64,000 nucleotides of DNA from Dysidea avara (lineage: Eukaryota), in contig NC_089278.1 in NCBI RefSeq assembly GCF_963678975.1, forward strand, positions 6,612,531-6,676,530. Reading direction: 5' to 3'. The notes beneath the pieces were generated by a model. It saw only the letters and a program-made list of their open reading frames with translations, did no database searches and was not told the DNA's origin. A program made the translations under genes and the position numbers. Shown here one piece after another: positions 46,831 through 59,360 of the stretch. How positions within the stretch are numbered: position 1 is the first letter of the stretch; the number at the start of each line of letters is the position of its first letter.

Positions 46831-49089
46831 GTATACAATAGCTAAGTTGTAAATTGCCAAATTTGCTAACATCATTCAGTCCCACCAAACCGTTGCCGTT
46901 TACAGTATGTGGTATTCGTGTAGTTGCAGTGTAGTGTGAACGTATGTATTATGTATATCAACCTGTGAGAGAAGAGTGCAAGTGGGGCAGTGATGAGGTG
47001 GCATTGAAGTCAAATCATTGGTCTTGCAATATAATGTGTAAGGATCCAAACTCAACTACTACTGTTGTTTCCTTGAATGACAGAGGAGTTCAACTGAAAT
47101 TGCTATAATCTGTAAATGCAGATTATTTTCCCTGGACAACATAGATCAAATGTCCTTGCTCTTTGCCTTTTTTATAATGGCTTGGTTTCCACAGGATGTA
47201 TTTCCATGACTTACAAAAAAATATTAATATTATGGTTTGTGAAAATACCATTATGATTCCAATCAGTTGTATCTATAGCTACATGTGATGTCATGAAAAT
47301 GGAACAGTGAATTTTTGTGTTTTAACACATTGTGAATTGAAAAGAGTGACCACAGTATAAGTTGCCACCACCCCAGAACTCTCTGTCAAGTGTGCTGCAC
47401 TGCTGGATCTGAGTACCCACATCTGTATATTTATTATCCAGCACTTAAGTAATAATGCACAGCAAGGACATAACTTTGGAAATATCCCAAATAGTACAGA
47501 GAGTTAGCATTCTGGGAAACTGTAATTAACCACTACGCAATAGCATTAGAGTGAAGAATTACCAGTTTGGCTAAAGCTAGTTACAAAGAAGCAAATTTGA
47601 ATTGTCTGTGTGTGTTATATATCTCGAGAGCACCAGGTGGGAATTTGGGTGTTTACTTGTCAACCATGAAATGTAGCATTGTGGGCACCTGAGGTTTTGC
47701 ATGTACGATGTGTTGTACCTGTATAGTGTGCAGGTATCATGGGTTAATGATGTGACCATGAAAATGGTACTAGCTAATAATTATTTGTTTTGTATGTGTG
47801 TGTGTTACATTACTATAGTAACCAGAGTTTAGTTAGCAGCAGCCCTTCATTATGGTGTGACTCAGTGTTTCATATCATCACCAAGTGTGAGCTCTGTAAG
47901 GTAGGTGTGGTGAAAGATTGTTGCTATAGTAACTATTATATATATATACCGAATTTGAACAGCTTGCAACTGAACGGTATGTGACATTCACTTTATAGTG
48001 CAGCGCCTAGTTTACAGTGACTGCTCCAGGTAAACAAACAAGGTGTATTCACAGTGATTTTATGTTGTTTTTCTCTATATAGTTGTCCACGGAATGTGAA
48101 GAAGTCTAACAATTAATTGGTTCCCTCAGTAATATGAGATTGGTGATCATGCAGTAATGCATGTAGAGTAGTACATCCTGTGGAAAGTTCTATTTAGTTG
48201 GTGAGCCATTCACAAAGTGTACGTGTTAATGTGGTGTGTTAAAAAGCTTTCATTAAAATAATGCGTAACATAATCGTGGGGCTAGGGATCAATTGTTTTA
48301 ACGGTTTTACATTTTTTAAATGAAATCTCTTAATCATGAAAATTATGTTCTATTTAATCAAATAGTAGGCTCAGTACTAATCAAATCTTCTGTGTGTCCT
48401 TCAAAAAATGTTCACAAAAGTTTAACAAACTAAAGTTGGACCTCAAGATACATTGAGCATGAACTCTGATTCATCAGGTGTTCACAACAGGTTCTGCTAG
48501 TAATTGTGAGCAACATGGACTAAATGGACATGTGCACATTCCACTGAGCATAGCACTAGTTGATCGCAAATGTGCATCTCATTGTCAACCCTGGCCCCTT
48601 GTGGGTTGTGCTGTGTACCATGCCATAGCAGTTTAATTTGAGTGTAGCACACGTAACGAGCAAGACTATGCAAATCAGTGTTTATGATTATGTCATATAA
48701 TCAATGTTTACATTACGAATGTGTATTATGCCAAACACCAGAGTAATCTGCCTGATGGAGCCACCTGTCATGTTTATGTGTAAAAATTTGAAGGTGTAAC
48801 ATTGTTACCATAGCAACATACCTTTCACAATTTAACCCAATGTATTGTGCATGGAAGTATAATATTTGCCTTTTGGAGAGCATATAGTGTGTATATGTAT
48901 GTATGTATGTATGTACGTACCTTTCAGAAAAGAAGAAAGTTGTCATACAAGTACATAGAGTATAGTATAATAGGATGGCCATTCATAAAAGCTGACGTCA
49001 CCAGTTTTACTTCTGTTCTGTTGTGTCTGACCTAGTACTACATATGTACCTCTGCACACTTTTATATTGCATTACTGACAGTGCATCAA

Positions 49090-49375
49090 AGGCGGTGGAG
49101 ATGGGGGCCATGCCACTTTTATGGGACATGTTTGCTAGGAAGTCGAGATACTCTAATAGAACAGTTAGGATCTGGCTACTCTAATAGAGCAGTCATGCTA
49201 TTCAGAGAAGCAGTGTACCAAGCTACTTAGCTACGTATGTGTAGTTATAAATAAGGAGATATAATTGGTGGAGAGTAGCTATTGTCAGCAGGTAGTGACC
49301 TTTTTTTTGGTATTCAACTTAAACTGCGCTGGCCCCCTCACTCTTTGGCCTGCTCCACCGCCCTGCAGTGTATGC
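49090..49375. mobile_element. MITE with terminal inverted repeats GGCGGTGGAGATGGGGGCC… / …GGCCTGCTCCACCGCC; contains a nested TACTCTAATAGA doublet; homologous to 58063-58400
   Basis: Comparison of 49085-49380 with 58060-58400 shows shared internal segments: gatactctaatagaacag…tactctaatagagcagtca…cagcaggtagtgacc(T)n. Confidence 0.7.
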
Positions 49376-50640
49376 TTGACTGTATTGTAATAATGTGGCA
49401 GGGATAAAAGTTTCTTGCTATACACATGTATTAGTGATGTGTGATATGTGATATATATCGATATAATTGTGATAAAACTTTTTATATCGTGATATGATAT
49501 AAAATCTTTATATCGTGATATGATATAAAATCTTTATATCGTGATATAAGCCGAGGTATAGATTTTAGAGAAAAATGTACCCAAGATGTGATGCAGTAGT
49601 AAGTTGAGGTTTCTATTGCATCATTCAAACTTGCGTTTAAAGTTATTATACTACTGAAGCTTTCATTGTGTCACTATCTTTAGGAAATGGTGGGTGAAAT
49701 TTTGTTAGCCACAACTTTCTTAGTGCCACTTGACCAGTAATGAGACTCTGGACATCGAAGCAAACTCTGGATACCATTTTCTAAGATAAATTGTTCTCCT
49801 TTGTGGCCAATGCTTTTAATGTGTATTTTTCTTTTGACTCTGTCCTAGCACACGTTGCATCTTTGTACATAGCTCAGTGTTAATGGGTTAAACATGTAGT
49901 ACACGCTTACATACATACATGTGACTTAACAATGAAAATAATAATTATATCAACTGTCAGCTAACTATGTAGTGGTTACTAGTAATTGTTGTGAGGTAGC
50001 ACTACTCTAATTGGATTGAGCTACTGCCATGTACGCTTTATTCAATTTCTGATTATATACGTATTTCTTTTCCATACAGTGTGTTTTTGTGACAAACTGA
50101 AACACTCCAACTTATGGAAGTACTGCATTTATCTTGGTGAGCTGGTACAAAACATATACAGACATGCAGTGTACTGTGATTGTATATTTTGCAGGTTATT
50201 ACCCAGTTATGGGTTGCCAGGACTGTAAACAATACATTTTTCATTATCATTTTATTTGCTTATGTTATGTGAACAAAGAATAATGCTTTCTTCATCATTA
50301 TAAGCGATCTGAAGGAATGGGGTGATGTTTGGGACATGTATATTAACATAACATCTTTTACGTGTTTGCATGTACAAATAATACAATAATATGCTGCAGC
50401 AAGATCATTTGGCCATATAATACATTACATGTACTATAACACAAGCTAGGGTTGCAAAATATGTACAGGCTTGTATATGGTCTCACAGAGTTATATGTGG
50501 TCTAGCATTAGGAGAATTCCTACGTATGCTCAGCATGCAGACATGCATGATCTGAGACATTGCTATACATATTACTAGCCAAAAAATAGCTATAGATTTA
50601 TATGAATGTCAAAACTGTTGTAATCAAATACTCTCTAATA

Positions 50641-51505
50641 CAGGGGCGGATCCAGGGGGGGGGGGCTTTGGGGGCTGAAGCCCCCCCCCCTTCACATTTA
50701 GACTTTACTTGATCAATATGCTAAGTATCATAATGAAATTTTGTCTTAGCATAATTATATGATCACTAATAATACAAATACTCATAAAACCACCTTATAA
50801 ACATCTTTCCAAGGCATTATCAGTGGATTTATGCTAAAGTTTATGCAACAAGGACCCGGATCAGCATTGGAGGTGTACAACGTCGAGATACTCTAATAGA
50901 GCAGTCAGCTAACTACTCTAATAGAACATTTACTGGAAACTTGTAGTTGGTTCTGTTATGGAATTTTTCCAAATCTGCCTGCACCTATACATACAATGAA
51001 GTACATTGGTTTGTTTAAAGGGCTTTATTCATCCACTTGTGTAGTTAATATATATGGCAATACTTAATTCAGGTACACAATTTCCATTGAAAATGCTCTC
51101 AGATTCAATCTTGTATTGTTCGAATTTCAAAATTTTCCACGTTCAACATTATTCTAACATGCACCTATTCAGTGTTGTGCAATTGTGAGAGGGGTGTATC
51201 ATGTACTTGGTTGTCTGTACCTACCCAAACTTTTCCATCAGCAAAATGCTTTAGAGAGCCATACCTATAATCTAAAGGCAGTATATGAAATATCTACAGG
51301 CAGAAAATATTATGAATTTTATGTGGAAATGTCTCCAAATTGCAGTATTTAGCATCTATTTTTCAAAAATTTCCTGGGGGAGCATGCCCCCAGACCCCCC
51401 TAGTTCAGCATGCTGGGAAGTGTGCTTTGCACACCTCTACCCAAGAGATTAGTACCTTGAGTTAGCCCCCCCCCCCCCCCTTTTATAAATCCTAGATCCG
51501 CCCCT
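50641..51505. mobile_element. Element of about 865 bp with terminal inverted repeats CAGGGGCGGATCCAGG and subterminal G10/C10 homopolymer tracts; related terminus at 45305-45345
   Basis: 50641 reads caggggcggatccagggggggggggctttgggggctgaagccccccccc. 51456-51505 reads …gttagcccccccccccccttttataaatcctagatccgcccctg. Confidence 0.7.
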
Positions 51506-51509
51506 GATA

Positions 51510-52400
51510 TAACAATGTCACCAAAACCTACTTCACTTCACGATGAGTCTGCAATAAAATAAATGTGTTCTTGTTTCTCCTTCATGCGGCCAACGTATCA
51601 TTAGGTCCTGACTAATATTGAGGTCAGTGGATTAGGTCATTGCACGAGTGTGTCACACACACACACAACACACACACACACATAGGTTATTGATATAGCA
51701 TATCCGTAAGATGAATGCATATATGAAAATTTTCATCTTTGTATTTACAATGTGGTCATTGCCATTACTGTACTTGTTATCCTATGCATCAGTATGGTTC
51801 TTATCAGTTATTCACTCCCTGTGAACATGGTCCAATTGAACCTACACACACATTCTATCTCATATAGCTACAGTATACATTAAACCAATACATACGGAGT
51901 TTCTCTCAAAAGCACTTTTTAAAATCATCACCCTTGAGGGGATGATAATCCTCATCACCTAGCACCCTCAAGGGGTGGATATAATCTAAGCTATGGAGTT
52001 TCTGATAGCATCAAAATGCTCTACAGAACAAAACCATTTAATCTGCAGCTGAGATAGAGGAAAAACTGACTGTTTTTTTGGATCACCTTATGAAATCAAT
52101 TTTAAAAGTTCACAAAGGTCGATCTGGGATGGTCAAAATGACATTAACAATTACAAATAAACGTGCCAAGTTTCATGGTATTATTTAAAAGTACATGCAT
52201 GCACATAAGTTTCAAAGGTCTTAGCTATTGTATGTTAAAAATAGTACTAAGAGAAATAACATTCCAGCCAACCAGATGATTAACAACGACAGTAAAGGTG
52301 TAGAGATATGCAGTAAGTTTGACTCCATTGCAGGTTCAGGAAAGACTGTACACTTTTATGGTTTCTACAGAGGAATTTATGTGGAAACTTTGATTGCATG
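51510..52400. repeat. Segmental duplication partner of 17785-18720
   Basis: See the 17797-18720 feature. The 75-aa ORF at 52228-52455 lies inside and lacks coding hallmarks. Confidence 0.85.
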
Positions 52401-53275
52401 CATCCATGGTTGTGTCAGACATTTCAATAAAAAGATTTTTATTAACAAGCAGTGAAGGTCACTACTATTGTCTGCCAAAATGCGCACTTGTAGTGATGGT
52501 CACTACAACACCACTACACAAAAAATAGTGAGTATATGTATTGTGGCAGAAATTCACTAACTTTTTATAGTGCACATTAGGGAGTGTGATGCAAATACTT
52601 CCTTACCCCCTAACATGTCATATCCATAGCAAAATGGGGTCCTTGTTACAACTTAATAGCTGCAGTTCCGTTAATAAAATCAACTAGTGTTTCAGTATAC
52701 ATTTAGATGCCATTGCAATTGTGCATATACAGCAACAATTTTAGAGAATATCATCATCATTTTCTCCCACCCAAAGAAAGTTTTGCTGCATGGTTTGGTT
52801 TTTAGTCTGTTTTACAATTACTTTTACCACCTAACATATGACATGAGTGTCGGGGATAGATCGCACTGGTGTAAACTCTGGTGGTAGGAGTATACATACA
52901 ATATAAGGAAGTTTGCAGGTAAAGGTCACCAAAAATCAAAGGTTTTGCTTTTGAAAAAAATATTTAAACACACAAAATTTCATGCTTTTGTCCAAAAAGT
53001 ACACAAAAGCACCTTTAGCTAACATAGCTGTAGTGTTTGATCAGACATTATATGGTACATGTATCATGTGCACATTTTTTAAGCAGATTATGTAAGCAAG
53101 CAAATCATGATTTTTCCTAGAATCATACAACAGTGTTGACTGTCTCTCTCTTGTGCTTATGAAACATACTTCCTTCTTCATGTAATTAAGCGTCACAATT
53201 TCTTTTGATTAATACACAATAGCATGTGTGTGCATAGCTAACGAAACAGTCACAAGGGGGTGATCACAAATTGTA

Positions 53276-54424
53276 TTAATATACTGGTTCAGTATGTTCA
53301 AATGTCTCAAATGGAGGGGCGGTTAAATTGAGTTCACGTCTAAAACTCTCCATTGGTTGTTCCCAGTGTTTCTCAAAATAGACACTCATGTAGAATTTAC
53401 CATACCAACCATTAGATATTGCCCATGGTAGGAGTTTGTATCGGAACACATCCTTTTGTCTATACAAACGTGACAGAGATGGTTAGTGTTTCTCAACTAT
53501 GGCATACCAACTAACACTGGAGTTAATTTTGCAGGGGCTCCCAGTGCTGCTAACACACACATTGGCAGTCCAGTCTGAATTGCTTCGAACCATTTAATCA
53601 TAATTTCTCCAAGTAACCTGGAGATTATAATAAGGCATGTATTTGTACACCAAACCACATACCCAATTCCCATTCCATTGATGACATGTGCCAGATCATG
53701 TACCTCTCGGTAACGCTGCATCAAATAACCTAGTTCAGTATCGTCCACATATTTCACCTAATGATGTATTTATTGTGTATGCAGTAATGGATGGCCTGAT
53801 TACTATTCCCATACCACACCTTAGCTCTTGCGTCTGGAGTTAACTTCTGCAGGAACAAACAAATAAGAGTCAGTTACAATTGCCAATGACACTTGCATAT
53901 TTGTCCATGAAGTTGATGTAGTGCTTTCCAAAAGTGTCCTCGGGTAATGTCCTTAGGTAATCCAAGTCCACTGTGTTGGTTGTGATACGCGGCTTCTCAC
54001 TAACAATAACCAGCATCCTTAACATTGCATGTATACACAGCATTGAACACCTTAGTATCTCCCTCCCTGTAGGATCTTCTAACATTCGTTTTCTCATACT
54101 CTGAAGTGCAGTGTGTCCTGTAGTCTCTCCAAATACTGCTACCATGTCTGCAAGATAAATAGTGTACCTTTATCAAATAACATACATATGCAGACAAAGC
54201 TACTCACCATCCCTCTTCGTATCTGTCAATGCCATATAACATGACCCAAAGGTCAGTACGAGACGTTGAGACAGTGTGGTAGGCTTGTGGCTGGGGTATA
54301 ATATCCTCTCGCCTGTTTCACTGACGCATGGAGCAAATGGTGCTGTAAGTGGGTCGGCTGCAGCTGTAAGCGTGGAGCAGCAGCGAACTCGAGCAACATT
54401 TAGAAGTCTCAACATTTCCCACAA
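53276..54424 (-). CDS. COQ4: Ubiquinone biosynthesis protein COQ4, mitochondrial. Exons on the minus strand: 54208-54424, 54051-54147, 53891-53999, 53820-53846, 53663-53757, 53512-53617, 53276-53452 (stop TAA). About 275 aa.
   Basis: The translation is collinear with human COQ4. 'DMVAVFGETTGHTALQSMRKRMLEDPTGREIL' matches '[32 protein letters not shown]'. 'SEKPRITTNTVDLDYLRTLPEDTFGKHYINFMDKYAS' matches '[37 protein letters not shown]'. '[123 protein letters not shown]' matches '[59 protein letters not shown]…[41 protein letters not shown]'. Introns are 45-59 nt, with one of 91 nt, and phases are consistent. Donors include GTGAGT, GTGTTC, GTCATT (weak), GTGTGG, GTATGT and GTTGGT. The start is taken at ATG 54424 (MWEMLRLLNVARVRCC…), with an alternative at 54415. 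Confidence 0.88.
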
Positions 54425-54516
54425 TCGAAACTTAAAGTATTAATTTAAAAATCGTCCACGAAATCAGAGCTCGGACGCAGAATTCTCGTTCAAAGGTTAT
54501 CAGTTAGGACGCCTAA

Positions 54517-54569
54517 GTCCCTACCATTAATGACCATTAGGGCCTTAATGGTCATTAATGGGTAGGGAC
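54517..54569. promoter_or_regulatory. 53-bp near-perfect palindrome (GTCCCTACCATTAATGACCATTAGGGCCTTAATGGTCATTAATGGGTAGGGAC), 93-145 bp upstream of the COQ4 start
   Basis: Direct reading. The left half is the reverse complement of the right half apart from one position. Confidence 0.6.
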
Positions 54570-54585
54570 AGATTGAAATCCGCAA

Positions 54586-54603
54586 TGACGTTTACTAACG
54601 TCA
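54586..54603. promoter_or_regulatory. Palindromic TGACGTT-TACT-AACGTCA motif (inverted CRE/ATF-like half-sites), 162 bp upstream of the COQ4 ATG. The same architecture occurs at 59289-59306 upstream of Miro.
   Basis: tgacgtttactaacgtca at 54586-54603; tgacgttagtatacgtca at 59289-59306. Confidence 0.5.
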
Positions 54604-55199
54604 CAAAAGAAAAATAGAACAATGGAGTTTACACAAGCGCTACAATGTTCGCGAATGCGTTCCGGTACTTGAGTGGGGCAGATTTTTCTGTATTTATTTA
54701 ATGAACAAGGACAAAAACATTTTAAATTAAGTTAATAAAGGTTGGCCTCTCGTTTAGCTATACACGGTCCATATTATAGGTATCAAGTTTCTCAGTGTTG
54801 ATTTTACGGCAAGGAGCTCAGTCTGGGTTCAACAATGTGTAGTTGTAGTATAAAGTTGTAAGTAACTATGTGCGTAGTAAATTGTAATTATTATGTCTAA
54901 AAGAACAAAGAAAGAGACACATAGTGTTGGCTATGTTGAAGATCCCAGTTCATACACTGGCTCCAGCATTGCACCCAACTGTTCTATCAATATTAGACTA
55001 TCCAGTGCATGGCATAGCTACTATTGAGGCAATTAACCAAGGCAGTTGCCTCAGTAAAAGTTAGGAAACTATTTGAATGAAGAGAATTCAGTACAGCAAG
55101 AGATCAAGATACTGACTCTAACAGAGCAGTCACCTACGATCAACTACAGAGTAGCTATCGTAATTTCAGGTTTGCCTCACCTTCTAAAGTTTCTTTGCT

Positions 55200-56300
55200 A
55201 TCTACACAGCTAAAAAAAATTAGTGAAGGTCACCACTAATTTCTGATGCTCTTTTAATGCAGTCTGCTACAATCACTACTAATTTTATAGTGACATGCAG
55301 TCACTACCACATATAGTGACATTCACTACAATGTAGTGAGGGTAGCTACAAGAAAGTATATATTGAAGGTCACTAATTAAAATAGTGAAGCAATTTTACA
55401 GTGTATATAAGCCATGGCGCAACAGAGATTGAGTTCTTTCTTTCCCATCAGTTTGGGAAGGACACAACTGCAAGGACTGGTACAGTCAGCAATAATTTTA
55501 AACATCTTCAAAGTAAAAAGAGTCCAGACTCCAAAGCCCTCCACTAGCTACTAAAGGAAAAATAATTAGTTCTTCACAACTGCCAAATTATTGATTTTCA
55601 TCCTTGCATGCATGGCCACCTCTCCTGGATTTCTTCCTCAGCTTCATTGCTATATGCCCATTCACTGTGACTGAACTAATGTCAATGTCTGCAGTATCTA
55701 TACTGCAATCATTGCCAAATAGCTATGCAGATATCATGCATGTACCGACTCAAAAGTCTTACCAGTGGTCAGGTTTCTGCTGATCTGCAGCTTCACTGGT
55801 GCCATGGCATGCAAACCACTACTGTGATTGTTTTGAAAATGTAGTGTCAGAAATGTACTGGTACTGAAATTTAAATTTTTCATTAGCTAACTATAGATAC
55901 CCACAGAAGAAATATTATGAAGTAATTATTGATAATATTAGAGTAGCTGAAAACATCATTGCAGTCACTACCGCGTAGTGAGGGTAGCTACAAGAAAGTA
56001 TAGTGAAGATCACTAATTTAAAAAATTCACTATTATTTTTACAGTGCATATTATATATATATATATATATCTTTAAGCCATATTGCAACAGAGATTGAGT
56101 TCTTTTTTTCCCAACAGTTTGGGAGGGACACAACTACGAGGGCTGGTACAGTGTCAGCAATAATTTTAAACATTTTCAAAGCAAAAAGAGTCCAGACTCC
56201 AAAGCACTCCTCTAGCTACTATAAAGTTCTTCACATCTGCCAAATTATTGAAATTAATGCTTTTCATCCTTGGCCACCTCTCCTCTACCTCAACACATGG
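55200..56300. repeat. Tandem-like duplication with a period of about 690 bp (55215-55640 versus 55930-56300). It is rich in the palindromic motif TAGTGA-N3-TCACTA, which also occurs at 52443 and 52490, and contains a (TA)n tract.
   Basis: gcaacagagattgagttctttctttcccatcagtttgggaaggacacaactgcaaggactggtacag… at 55415 corresponds to gcaacagagattgagttctttttttcccaacagtttgggagggacacaactacgagggctggtacag… at 56085. tagtgaaggtcac(c/t)acta occurs at 55222, 52443 and 52490. Confidence 0.7.
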
Positions 56301-56749
56301 AGCAGAGGATGGCAGGCTGAATAGTGCTGTGTATGGAAACATTGAAATTAGCAGAACAACAATGTTGAAGTTATAACTATACATAACTAAGAATGTTGCA
56401 TTTTGAGTCTAAGCTGTCTAACTCAGCTAGCTAGTTAATGAATAAAATCTGCTCTCCCGCATCTATTTTTAAGATTTTACATGCCCCTCTATAATCTATG
56501 CTTCAACTGAATGCTGTCTGTTGTAACACTTGTGACTGGGATCAAGATCAAATTTAAAGTGTACTGAGTGTAGGCAATCAAACACCTTTGAAGACTAACT
56601 TTTTGGCCTTTCATGCTACAGTTCAGCAGCTGATCAAAACTATGAAATCAAAGTTCTTTTATAGGTGAAATGCATGTGCATGCTCTGCACACCAATATCC
56701 CATAATATACACAAATTCCATAATAAGGCTTTATAGCATATAGAAATAA

Positions 56750-57300
56750 TCATTTCCCCTAGCAACCTGAATTTCCCATTATTTGTAGGTGATAACGTCT
56801 AAAGTAACTTCTCCAAATTTTGAAAGGATAGTATATATATATATGGTCATAAGATATAACCAAGAGTTAATAATATTAACTCTTGATATAACATTTTAAA
56901 ATTTGTGGTTTTCCCATACATAGCTATCGGCTACAGATGCCCCTTCTACGCAATCACAAAAATGAGGTATTTCAATGTATGCAAAAACTACATATATCTC
57001 AATTTTACATAATTTGTAGGTGTGAATGTCAACAATATTCTCTCCAAGTTATAAATGGATAGTGTATATAGCTAGGTCATAATATATGACATTCCTTGAA
57101 TCCCATAATTTGCGTGATTACCGAGAAAGGGCAACTGTTGCCCCTCTCATTGACAATGTATGGGAAAATTGCAACTTCAAAATGTCATATCTCATGACTT
57201 ATATATATATGCTCAGTATCCTTTTAAAACTTGGAGAGGTGACTTAAGACATTGACACCTACAAATAATCTAAAATTTAGGTTGCTAGGGGCAACAGTCG
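56750..57300. mobile_element. Foldback element with about 100-bp inverted arms (56755-56860 and 57170-57290) around a partial third copy (56940-57100)
   Basis: cccctagcaacctgaatttcccattatttgtaggtgataacgtctaaagtaacttctccaaattttgaaagg… matches the reverse complement of …ccttttaaaacttggagaggtgacttaagacattgacacctacaaataatctaaaatttaggttgctagggg. Confidence 0.7.
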
Positions 57301-58062
57301 ATTTTTTCAGTATTATCAAATTTTTCCATTGACATATTGATGTATATGTTGTGACATTTTGATGTGCAGGGCACATGTTAACAATGAAGGCTGATTTTGA
57401 CAATCAAAATTCTTGATCCCAGTTGCAACTGTGTATCTCAACTGGAAGTGTGAAAACAAACATGCCAGTATTGGTGGATGAGTCGACTACTAGATATATG
57501 GCCAAAAAATAGATGCAGGACAGATTCATGTAAGATCTAAATTTTGTAAAGTGGGGGGGACACTAGTAAAAGTGACTGCAATGCAAAGCATGAGCTTTCT
57601 AAGGGGTCTGGAGGCATGGCCTTGAAATTTTGAAAATTTGACATTCTGAGATAAAACTTGGTGGCAATTTTGACTGAAATTTGTTATTAGGTCACCACTG
57701 CAGCTGGACATATGCGGCGGCACTTTGACTGAAAACTCAAATGTATATAGTACTGAGCTAGAAAACAGAATTAGTAGTATAAGGTCTAAAGTACAAACAA
57801 TATAGATACTGCTGGTGTGAGGTGCATGATCATTCATCTACAAAGAATATCTGGTCACATTAACTAGGGTGTGGATAGAGTCAGGAACTCTATTAAGAAT
57901 TGTAGGTAGTCTCTACTCTTGACTGTTTTATTAGAGTATGTGACCACTCAATATATATGTAGGCCACTATTTGGTGATTTTCTGTTTTTCATGAGAAAAT
58001 TCATGAGGGCAGGCGGGTCATTACTATTATCCATAGTAGTAGTATATGCTTGCATGCATGTG

Positions 58063-58400
58063 CAGGGCCGCCCACAGGGGGGGGGCAACTGGGGCATTTT
58101 GCCCCGGGCCCCAGGAGGCCCCATGAAGGGCCCCCTGAATACCTGTTTAAAAGATCGATATACTCTAATAGAGCAGTCAGATCTAAATACTCTAATAGAG
58201 CAGTCACAGTATTCTTCAGAGGAGCAGTGTAGCAAGCTTATAGATAAGGAGATATGGTTGGTGATGGGTAGTTATTGTCATTGCCAGCAGGTTGTGACCT
58301 TTTTTTTTTTTTTTTTGGTGTTCACCTTACAACTTGGGTCAAGGGCCCCACTTTAACTCTTTGCCCTGGGCCCCTTAATTTCTCTGGGCGGCCCTGTGCA
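58063..58400. mobile_element. MITE with terminal inverted repeats CAGGGCCGCCCACAGG / CTCTGGGCGGCCCTG, G/C tracts, a nested TACTCTAATAGA doublet and poly-T (58302-58320); a sister copy of 49090-49375
   Basis: Direct comparison with the 49.1 kb copy. The overlapping ORFs at 57919-58356 are repeat-derived. Confidence 0.7.
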
Positions 58401-59288
58401 TGTGTGTGTGTAGTGCGTGCTTGTGTGTGTGATTGTTCATACTTGCCACAATATAGCTAGATATAGGCTTATTTTCATACCTTAACTCTGTGTAACTGGT
58501 AGTTAGCTAACTTACATATAATGTGGCATTCTAACAACCTGACCGGGGATTCTGGTACCGGTAGTTGTCCTTTGACAGTTCATTGAGTTATACTTGAGCT
58601 TTTAACTTCTTACTTGTAAACACTGTCAGAGTGTTCACTGTATAGCTAAACCTTTCACTTCTCTTGGCTACAATGCCCGAGGTAGCTATGCTACTGTACA
58701 AGTGTAACAATCTTGAAAACTGAACTGCACAATATATAATAGTTATGTACAGCAGTGAAAATACGATACATGCAGGCAATGATGAAAATAGAAAAACATT
58801 AAACAGTGGCCTTTTCATTTCAAAAATATAGAGGGGGAGGGGGCCGCTAACCCATCTAGTTTTCCTTGTACTCCTTCCTGTAATATGTGGATATGGGTAG
58901 GGACAGGATTGTATATATTCACGGTCATAAAATGTTTGAATTATGTCTATGGTTCATTGTATGATGGAGGAATTACAAACAAAATAGCAACACTGAGGAT
59001 GGGGGGCGGGGGGAGAGTGTAAACGCTCAAACTGAAAGATGTCTTTTCTAGCAACATTTGTACAGTCTCGTGCCCTGACCGCTTTTTCCACAGGGGAAGA
59101 GCACCCTTTCTGAAGCTTGTTTCCTGGACGGGCACCCCACTACTAGTTCGATTTAATGCTCACTGGACTAATATCAACTTCAGCCGCTATAAGTGATTTC
59201 TATGAACAGCATTAGTTCGCCTGAGATAATATTGCTGATGAAAGGGCGATAGAATGGATGCATATTCAAGTACCATTATGTCCCATCT

Positions 59289-59306
59289 ATGACGTTAGTA
59301 TACGTC
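59289..59306. promoter_or_regulatory. Palindromic TGACGTT-AGTA-TACGTCA motif 55 bp upstream of the Miro ATG (same architecture as 54586-54603)
   Basis: ctatgacgttagtatacgtcatcgcg, read directly. Confidence 0.5.
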
Positions 59307-59360
59307 ATCGCGATAACAAAACACAGATCCACAATCGATACTGTTTATACTGCTCACGAG

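Noticed and set aside
52228-52455. 75-aa ORF ('…KGVEICSKFDSIAGSGKTVHFYGFYRG…')
   Set aside because: It lies inside the 51.5-52.4 kb segmental duplication. The paralogous copy at 18.6 kb is disrupted by stops and indels, so there is no evidence of constraint.
54620-54665. Possible divergent first exon, ATGGAGTTTACACAAGCGCTACAATGTTCGCGAATGCGTTCCG|gtactt, head-to-head with COQ4
   Set aside because: Only 15 codons, no downstream exons found before the Miro promoter at 59.3 kb, and the intervening 4.6 kb is repeat-dense. Insufficient support to call a gene.
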